DNA of 61,742 nt, filler included, from Platydemus manokwari (Eukaryota): NCBI GenBank assembly GCA_037951405.1. It is 6 parts of 6 records of this genome, joined end to end, with 100 filler letters (N's around TTAATTAATTAA, not from the genome) between each part and the next. Parts side by side here need not be neighbours in the genome. Positions count along the whole stretch, not along the records: positions 52,499 to 61,742 come from JBBMOY011251207.1; 5 more parts are not named here. One strand, written 5' to 3'. Below, in pieces: positions 52,399 to 61,742 of this stretch (position 1 is its first letter; each line of letters opens with the position of its first letter). Under the pieces are notes generated by a model. It had not been told where the DNA came from. It did not search any database and saw only the letters and a list, made by a program, of their open reading frames with translations. The translations under genes were made by a program, and so were the position numbers.

Positions 52399-52498
52399 NN
52401 NNNNNNNNNNNNNNNNNNNNNNNNNNNNNNNNNNNNNNNNNNTTAATTAATTAANNNNNNNNNNNNNNNNNNNNNNNNNNNNNNNNNNNNNNNNNNNN
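52399..52498. other. Artificial contig spacer
   Basis: 44N-TTAATTAATTAA-44N. Confidence 0.98.
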
Positions 52499-53437
52499 TA
52501 CAAACCTTAATATGTCGTGGATGTTATGATTTTTATTGCACAACACCGATTATTTCAAAGGAGTATTTGTTGTCGGTTACTGAAAACGAGAGCCATTCAA
52601 TCAACCATGAACCTATAATAAATTAAAGATTCCACGAATTATTTAACAACAATAAAAATGCAATGTGATATTAGCTAGCGATTTTACAATTTTCTATAAA
52701 TGCAAGAAGAGATTTACTTATGATGTTTTTAATTCATTAAAATCACTTTAATGTAATATCAATCTTGGAATGTCAGTGATAGGCAGATGATCCCGGTAAT
52801 TGGACTGATGGATTTGTAAATTTCTTTAACATAAACGATGGAAATTTATCAGCATTGAAATAATGATTCTTTCATATAATTGAAACTTTAATGGATCACC
52901 ACCCTACTCACCTAAAAACCTAAAACACTACTGGTGCAAAAATGTTGAAGAGTTTTAAAATTTTCAAGAATCAGCAGACATTGTATTATTGTTTTTGTCG
53001 ACTCTGTAAATAACAATGATTCGAACATATATTGTGTAGAGTGATGAGATCAAATCCATCACTCATAAACCACCACAGAGAATTACCATATCACGGTTTA
53101 ACTGAACCTTAATATACCAAGAATTACAATATGGTCTCACTTGTCATTAAGGGGGTTAGTGGGACCATTATTTTGATGTTTCCTGTTTACACTAACCTAC
53201 TACAACAGTCTGTCATGCCAAATATTTAAGAAGACTTTGAAGATAAAGAAATTTTTCTCAATGAGAAAGGAAACTTCCAAACCACCATCATAATGTTAGG
53301 TCTTTTATCAAATCAGATTTTCCCAAACTGACGGAATGAACAGAGGGATTTCGTATAGTAGCCCGCTCCCCTAAGTTCACCACGTTTCATATCACCGTAC
53401 TATTTTTTAAAAATAACTTCATATTATTCGTTTCTAG

Positions 53438-54564
53438 CTGGTTTCAATACCACTTCTTGGAGTTGGTATTTGGTTGAAAGTCGACAAATCGTCGGTCCAT
53501 AGACTCTTATCCATGGTAAAAGTTGATGGAGCTGTCCATAGTTTAAATAATTCCAATACATCTTTGATATCAATGTTTGCTCTGTTCCTCATCGTTGTCG
53601 GTTCGATTTCGATGATAATCGGTTTTTGTGGATGTTGTGGAGCTCTAAAGGAAAATAAGCTACTGCTCTATGTGGTAGGTTTTGAAATTTTATTGTTTTG
53701 TTTAAAACATATATCGTTTGATTTGTAGTACGTTATTTTGGTATCACTGTTAATCGGTTTGAAAGTAGCTCTGCTCATTGTGGTAGCCGTCAGAAAAGAA
53801 AAGGTTCCCTTTGATCCAATAAATATTTGAATTTCGATTGTCAATGAATTTTAGATTCATGATGTCATTCAAAAAGAATTCCAATCAATCCTGTTCAAAC
53901 ATTACCGAGGTTACGGTACAAATAATGCCACTTCATTTGCCAAGATCTTTAGTGCCATAATGATTAGGGTTAGGAAATTCGATTTAAGTCTACTATTTTC
54001 ATTATTGTAGAATCCTATCTACTGATAATAAAAAAAAATAAATCACTTAAATCAAACTGTTCATATTAATATCTCTGCCTTTAAATTCATTATTTCCACA
54101 GAGAGAATGCTGTGGAATTAGAGGAATTGAAGATTTCGATAAATTTACTTCGTGGAAAATTGATCCCACTGAGCCCAATGAAAGTCCCATTGCCTGTTGT
54201 CGTTTTAAATCCGAAATAAAATCACAGTTGGGAAATAATAGTGACAATGGTATTTTAACCAGTCATCATCTCGTTGATATTTTTCCTTTCAGTTTCTCTG
54301 GATACTCTCAAAGCAAATATCATCAATTCAGAATGTCTCACATCCAAAACGTCAGCGTATGTCATCAAAACTGGTTGTGGTGACGCTCTTTGGAAAACGT
54401 TGCATCGTGAAATGAAACTTATTCTGGTCATAATAGCCGTCGTCATATTGGTTCAGGTTGGAATTTTGAGAATGAATTTCGATATTGAAATGATTTATAT
54501 TAAGATCATATGCATCATATTCGCATGTTGTGTGATCAACAAGAGTTACGAGAAGCTGCGATAA
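53438..54564 (+). CDS. Tetraspanin, 5'-partial; exons 53438-53674, 53729-53803, 53855-53968, 54102-54249, 54293-54456, 54505-54564
   Basis: LLGVGIW, GFCGCCGALKEN, large loop ECCG..PIACC..GC, four hydrophobic segments; all introns GT-AG and phase-consistent. First coding exon not located. Confidence 0.92.
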
Positions 54565-54949
54565 GTATTCGACAAGATTTATGATATCAACATTTTGGTT
54601 GGGGAATAATTTTTGGACATTTTATGGAATATACTGATTCTTTGCTTTTCTTGTCATTATTATGCTTTTCTCTGTCACTGAACATCCATGATTTCTATAA
54701 TTTTCATGGAACCTTATTTGTGACTATAAGATTGGTAATAACTGTACCAAGCAGACAATTGTCCGCGAAACGAAATTCTACTCTTAGAGATGGAAAAAAG
54801 GCTGCGAAACTATTTAAGTAAGCGGTACAATAATTTACCCTTTCAGATGAAAAATTTTTTCTTTGGCCCTTAATCAAAATTATTAAAAAAAGGACACCGT
54901 AATCAGGGTTGTTGGATTTTTTGAAATATAATTATAGATTCTATTAGTA

Positions 54950-56314
54950 AGATCTTCGAGAGTAGAAATTCAGATTATCTGATAAGAGAGTTATTTAAAC
55001 CTAATATATAAAATTAGTTCATTTAATGAAAGTACCCTCAATAGCCAAATGGTAGAAAGGAATGACTCGTCTCTATCGATTTCAAGTATCCGAAAATATA
55101 AACAGAATCATTTTCTTATCGACTATCTATCTTCGAATCAAAAAGACCAGATTTAAAATATGTTTTCATTATTTTAACATCACTTGTTTTATGCTTTGTT
55201 GAAAGAGACATTTTTTTAAATTCCTCTAATCAGCCAATTTATGATTTTTGGGACTGAACAAAAAATTAACTCGAGTTGTAAAATTGATCTGAGGAAAACA
55301 ATTGAAAATAAGGTTTTACTATTATAAATCAATAATATCTGTGACAAAAAATTTTCACGTTGGCCGGTCGACTCTTCTAATTGAGAAGAGAATTCATAAA
55401 TATAATAATGTAAAGAAGAAAAGAAAATACGACACAAATACAGAATAAAACCAAATGTTAGGAATAAAACAATACAAACGATATTGAAATTTAATAATTC
55501 GAAACACCAATCTATTTCGATACTTTGCAATGGGATGAGTTCTGTTTCGATACATCTATAAGAAGAAATAACGTATTTTTATCGTTTAAGCATTGGGAAA
55601 TGGAGTTGTTTGAAAATCTCGATATTTTTTGCGGCATTTTAAATTCCAATGCCATCTTATAAATTATTTTTATAGCTTAGCGATCGTCTGACGAAGAATA
55701 AAAGAATAAATCATGTATTGATCTCTAAATATCATTCATTCATATTTCTCCAAAAGCCGATAATACAGGGTATGATTGATTTGCATTCATCAATGTCATC
55801 ACCATGGGCAATTAACGAAATAAACAAAAACGGACAGGTTATTACAAAATAACTGAAGCCTCACAGTTGCCGTTAATCTAGCAAGGCGATATGTTGATGT
55901 TAGTCAGTATAGCAAGACTTCAGTAAAGACTCCGTTAGTAAATTGAAACAGATTATTGTCGAACGATCAATGTCAAATTATGTGATGCCTGGAATCGATC
56001 CCTAAATCTATATTTCCAAAAGATTTCCAGCTACATTCGACAAACCTATGGATTTTGGATGTTTTGAATAAACAAAATCAATATTGTAAAATTACCCCAT
56101 TTCCGACGACAATTCAACGAAAGAAATGACATAATGTGTCGGGAAATCGAATCGAATTAGAAAATTCTCGTCATGTTTTCTTGGATCAAACGCAACACAA
56201 TCGATCGAATGTTTTCCGACATTATGCCAAAAATAACCACAATAACACATACGCATACACACAGATATACTCACAAGCACGCACACATATTTAGCCTCTA
56301 ACACAAAAACTCAT
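54950..56314 (-). pseudogene. Intronless LRR-TM(-TIR-like) receptor pseudogene, TLR-like
   Basis: Leader + CYC..IDC cap; LRR-like NGVF..LAILTNINIS; CPW remnant of the C-terminal cap; TM IVCIVLFLTFGFILYL, then LHYYIY and a stop-riddled tail ending LAIEGTFIK*. Many stops and frameshifts. Confidence 0.4.
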
Positions 56315-57599
56315 TATTATTTCAAACCAATACCGGCAATCGTAATAACTTTATCAGAAAAAACGTTATTTCAAAATTATATTTCCCATATACTTGTTTT
56401 ATATAATAATTAACATATTTATATATACACACACTCCTAATTTTAAGATATAATTTTAAAATTGTATTTTATTATCCCAAATACAAGTCAATATTTTGTA
56501 TTGAAAGATGAAACAAATAATTGATCGAATCGAGTTCACGTCTGTAAAATAGATCATTAATAGCCATAAATAATTCTTAATGAATGAAAATCATAAATTC
56601 CTTAACCCATTAAAAACGAGTAAATTTCATTTTTCAATTTAAAATATTAATGTTTTTGTTTGTTTCGTTGATTTGACATAACAAAAGATATTTTCATTTC
56701 AATATTATGATTTTCAAAAAATTGTTTTAAAATTTGATGATTTTAGTTAAACATGGTTTGATTTGATAATTTCGTAAGATTGGATATAATTGGGATTTTT
56801 CTTAGTAGGTGATAATAGCAAAATGAAATCTACTAGGAAACCTGATATGAAAAATACATTAAATCAGTATTTGCATATTTTGTTTACTTCCACTAATGAC
56901 ACTGTTATTATGTTCCAAAATTACTGTTTTCACCAATATTTATTTCATTCATTCAGTTTTTGCCCGACTATTTCATAAAATGATTATAATCCACAAAGAT
57001 TTCTAATAAAAATTATGCTTGTGTTTGTGACGTCACTTATTATTCTTTTTGACAAGAAAAAATATGTGTTTAACTTTCTCAAATAACTCCAATCGATTAG
57101 AAAAGTAATAAAAAATTTCACTATTTAAAGAAAATAATTTGGTTTTCATAATTTAAGACATTTATGGTGATATAAAGGCACAGTAGGGACTTAAAGATAA
57201 ATGTAAACCCCAATATAAATCTGGATTGCATGTTAATCTGTTTTATATAAATCATGGAAGAAACTCCATGGATTATTGAAAAAAGATCGACATTTGTAAC
57301 AATTATGTCTCTATAAATAAGTCAGATAAATGATAGTATGAAAGTATCATTGTAAAAATTTATTTAAATTTTAAAAACAAATTTTCATTTGATTATTTCC
57401 AAATATTTTCAATGAACCATTGATTTCGATTTTATCTTCGCATCTATTCAAATTAAAAATGAGTTGTTTCTTTTTCTATAATTTTTTTTCGATAATAAAA
57501 AAAAGAATTTTAAATCGCTTCTAAAATGAAGGAATTGGAGAATAACAATTAAAATTAGAAATTCTTAAAGATCGAAACTAAAAAATCGTTTATTACCAG

Positions 57600-59560
57600 T
57601 ATTATTTATCGCGTTAATAATTTAATCTTATCCAATTATGTGATTACTCAAGAGTATAACCAGCAGATTTGGGAGCACAATGTATACGTTAATGCTCTAA
57701 CCTTATTAACGGGTGAAAGTAGAATCAATGTGGAAACTTTTGATCTGATAGATAACCTCAGAGAATAATGTATCAGTCATTCATGGTTATCTAAAAGCGT
57801 GGATTTAATTTGCAAGAATATGACCAAAGTATCATTTAACGAGATGGTAAAAAAACATTCTGTCTTTTTGATACATCTATCAATGATCGATTCAATTTAT
57901 TTGTTGAGAAGTATCTATCGGAATAATAAAGGCCCGAAAATAAATTAATAAAAATGAATGGTGGAATGAACAGACGAAGGAGTCCTAAAATGCACTGCTG
58001 CTCTTTATCTGCTCAAAGGTGAGATAATGAATACATATACACATACTCTGTAATGATGGATCATCGAGCAAACGATCAAAAGATTAAGAAAGAGATAAAC
58101 TGCATCTTCATTGAATTGGTTGGAGAAAAATCACTCCCTGTTAGGAGTGTTAGTTTCTAGAAGGTAAAGATAAATCTGCCATCGATCCGCAAACAGTGTC
58201 TGGCAGTGCTCGTTGGATACCAGAATGACCAACTCCGTATTCGACGCTTCAGAAATTCCTGCAAAATGCGCAATGTGTTGCGACTTCTGACCTGCTTGGT
58301 CATCATAAGATAGATACGATCAAAAGCATTCTATTTCCAACTCTGGTCTTTAGTTTTCGAAACATGGAAATTGAAATGTATTCGTTAAGATCAACTCAGA
58401 GGTCAAAAAAGTCTGTTATATCACGCAATTTTACTACTTGTTCTAGAGAGGGGTAGTTTTATGTCTTGCAAACTAATTTTGATATATGTTAAGGCTATAT
58501 GGACAGAATACATTGAGGTACTCGTCTCTGTGGTCTGTTAGACGAGTATCGTGAACCATTGATTATCCAGGCTTTTAAACTGATGTCCAATGTCCAATGT
58601 CTTTTATTTAAGCTTTGGCATGTAATCAAAAGAGGACTGATAGAAGCCTCAAGAATCCGACTTTCTAGCCAAACCAATTCGTTAGACAATGCATTGAGGT
58701 AGCTAAATGGTACTACCGAGCCAGCTTGTTGTAAAAACTCTAAGAAAACCTCGTGATTGCCAGTGTTTAGAGCAATCGCGAGTTTTAAGATCAATATCTA
58801 GATCTTATTGAATTTTTGGATTTTTATAGAAGTTTAGAACTCGACGGAAATAGTGTTTGTATTCGTTTGAACGATGCTATTTGCAAGACACAGATAATTG
58901 AAGAGAAATGTAAGCCTCAAGTGAAACATATTCTTCACCAAGCACTTGCAGAATCTTATTTGCGTATATGGCTTCAGATTACTGTTTATGCTTGCGTCTT
59001 CACAAACCGTGTTAGACTTAACATACTCCCTTTGAATGTTCATGTCTTCATGAAAGACTCTCTTAAACAAAGATGTCGTCAATGTTATATTGACGAAGAG
59101 TCTCTGGCATATGTGTTAAAGTCATGTGTGCCATACATGGCTCTTATTGATGAAACACATGATGACTGTTGGAGACTGATTTACCAATTTCTTAATTCAC
59201 TAGATCTTATGGTCAATTCAAATGAAACCGGGTCATATCGATACTAGGAGTGAATCCATATATAGAAAATAGCTTGAGTCGTTGGATATTCTTGGTGTAT
59301 ATCAAATACCCACTCGATAAAGGCTAGCTGATAAAACAAGGTGATTAAAGGAACTTGACTCATTATGCTCCACTACAAAATATGATAAAGCAGTACAAAT
59401 ATCATTGTACTGTGAGTATTTATACTATAGTGTTGAGATTTTTGAGGTTGTATATAAAAAGAATCTCAATGTCCCCAAATTCCTATGAATATTGAACAAG
59501 AATATCAACAAACTCGCAAAATATCTGTCCACCTTAAAAATCCGACACTCTGCTTGGATC
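57600..59560 (+). mobile_element. Decayed R2/NeSL-like (RLE-type) non-LTR retrotransposon; boundaries approximate
   Basis: RVRLNILP..QRCRQCYIDEESLAYVLKSC..IDETHD matches the R.N.LP..CRxC..ETLxHVLxxC..RHD knuckle preceding the restriction-like endonuclease; GC-richer, heavily interrupted upstream region. Confidence 0.7.
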
Positions 59561-61742
59561 TGGCATGACCATCAAACATGAGTCCTTCTCAACGTGAAGG
59601 ATGGCTCAGACCTACAAGTTAGAGGAAATTCCGAACTTCGCCGATGTGTGTCACTGTCTTTGAGTCCTAACAAAACAGAAGGCAGAGGTCAAACACATCA
59701 AGCTCTGGCGTAAATTTCACAGTGACCTAAAACTGTATCATCTTCGAGTTTTAATGTAATAAGTCAATCCCATCGTTCTTCGAGACCTCGGGAAGAACAA
59801 AAAACGATGAACATGATCTAGCAATTCAAATTGTGGTCTCTTCTGATGATCAATGATGATCCTTAATGGCCTTAAGTTTCTCCCAAGACTGTCATATTCG
59901 AAAAAGCTGTTGTGATTTATTTAATTGGATTTATGTCTACCAGATATAAATTATTTAGCTCAATCGGGATTTCTGAACTCAATACCACAGTAGATACCTA
60001 CAGAGTGCACTTCAAATTGAAGATCGATCAGCTCCAATACGCTCAACGACGATCTATTGGAAAAACTGCATTAGAGCCTGCGCGCAAAACAGACTAGAGA
60101 TGCCAGAATTCTCAAAGAATCTGATTTTGCCAATTACGTGCCAAGGAGTATAACAGAAAGTAAAGATTCAGAGCTGAGAGAAATTCGCAATCCATTTTAT
60201 AAGAAGCCGGTTGACTAGCCTGCTCTTAGATTGTGATTTTTTTCTTCCTATCAGCTTATCGTAGCTCGGAGCCCCTCTAGTTTCGGTATCAAATTTTTTG
60301 ATTGGTCCATTTCAATTCTCGTTAATAGTGCTGCGTTGTTGTGATGCAATCCTCATTCTTCTGACGAGTCGAATCTCATAAATTTTCAGTGTATTATTTT
60401 ACATACTTCTTTATATATTACTTTATATGCTTCCTTGTTCCACATCTTTTGTGCTCACAATGAGAATCCAAATACATATAAATCAATACTTATAATTAGA
60501 GTATTCTTGAAAATCGAAGCAAATATAATTGGGAATTTAAAACTGAATTGAGAATTGAATTAAAGGATAAGAATATCGACATTGTCAAACAGAATGTTAA
60601 ACTTAAACTGGAGTTGGCTTTTTACCAAAGACGTTCCAATCGTAGCATTTTCTCATAAATAGCAAAGTATTATAGCACAAATGAGTTTAGTGCACAATCG
60701 AAGATGGATCAAAACACCTTAGCTGAATTGCATTTTTGGAAGTGTTCAGAGAACTTGTGTCAAAAAGGTAAAAACAAATTCTTTTCTAAACGATCAAAAC
60801 AAAATTTTGTCCTGCACATACGACATTGTAAGAAAATGAAAGAGTTCCATTTACTTGGATTACTTACAATCCACTAGATCAGACATAGTGGTAAACCGGA
60901 AAAGAATTCTTTTCAGTAAATTCGTAGAATGTGAGATTTTTTTTTTCTCTGAGATGGTTGATATCGTTTTGATAGTTTAGAGAACTTATAATATAAAGTT
61001 TGGAATACAGCCTCAGAAAGAAATAGTAAATATAAATCCAAAATATTTTAATAATAAAATTTGACAATTACCAAAATTGCGTTACAATAAGTTCTATATT
61101 TCACATTTGGTTACGAGATCAATTTAAAATTTAACATTTGATTTTTTGACACTCAATCGCGATTGATTTTTATAATTGATTTTCTGTTATTGAAAAGTCG
61201 GTGTTATTTAATTATACATTTTTTTGTAAAGAGAAGATACTGATTTATTTAAATGTAATGGCATAAAAGAAATAAATTACGAAAAATATAGGAAAATAAA
61301 GATATTAAAAAATAATTAATGAATGAAAAAAAAATAATAAGGTAATAAAAATATAAAAAATTGATAATCAGAAAAATAAAATCTGAAATGACAGATACAG
61401 GGGCAGTTCATACATTAATAGGGATTTAAATAAATGAACTAAATATCAAAACTCACACGACATTCCGAATAAAGCTTCTACTCTGAACTATAATTACCAA
61501 TTCATCAATAATAATTTCATATATTCAACTTCCGACATAATTATTGATTGATTGTCAATTCGGAAGGACTTACATTCTATCTGCAAGAATCCAGTTTTTA
61601 TAGAGGTTTTGATAATCAATTTGAAGAAACCTATATTCTATTCGCAAAGGTTTAATCTTGATCGAAGTTTAGAAAATTTGTGAACAATTGATTTCTAATT
61701 TGAAGAGAAAAAAACAATAAGATTAATAGTAATAGTAATAAT

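Noticed and set aside
8851-52498. Regularly recurring TTAATTAATTAA palindrome flanked by Ns
   Set aside because: Identical 44N-12-44N six-frame-stop linker added during contig concatenation; not a biological repeat or CRISPR. Cross-spacer gene neighbourhoods, such as the viral segment beside the giant repeat gene, are artefacts.
52680-52760. Candidate first exon of the tetraspanin
   Set aside because: No ATG-initiated, phase-0 exon with a convincing TM1 start.
60500-60900. Coding-like plus-strand stretch (LELAFYQRR..CSENLCQK)
   Set aside because: Interrupted by stops and has no identifiable family signature.
1-61742. tRNA, rRNA, snRNA genes and CRISPR arrays
   Set aside because: None recognised by eye; tRNAscan-SE and Infernal would be needed to exclude small RNAs.

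Overview
AT-rich eukaryotic DNA, probably from an animal with very short spliceosomal introns (mostly 41-58 nt). The window is six unrelated contigs joined by artificial 100-nt spacers (44N-TTAATTAATTAA-44N), so adjacency across spacers has no biological meaning. Spliced genes reconstructed by hand: beta-tubulin (short tail ending EEY), SRSF1-like SR protein, a secreted F-type lectin + PAN protein with a tandem pseudogene copy, a giant secreted C-type-lectin-like/helical-repeat protein, the last three exons of ATG7, LIPT2 and a tetraspanin. Also present: an intronless Ig-like membrane protein, a probable TLR-like pseudogene, two hAT (Buster-type) MITEs with perfect 8-bp TSDs, a long-TIR MITE, and hAT, R2-like and LTR remnants. 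The most striking feature is a GC-richer endogenous virus-like segment (about 30115-31386, minus strand). After repairing two single-base frameshifts and one stop it reads as one polyprotein: AT-hook disordered region, Bcl-2-like domain (BH1- and BH2-like motifs at Bcl-xL spacing), hydrophobic anchor/signal, then a chuvirus/Monjiviricetes-type fusion glycoprotein. All family assignments are from motif recognition by eye; no database searches were run.
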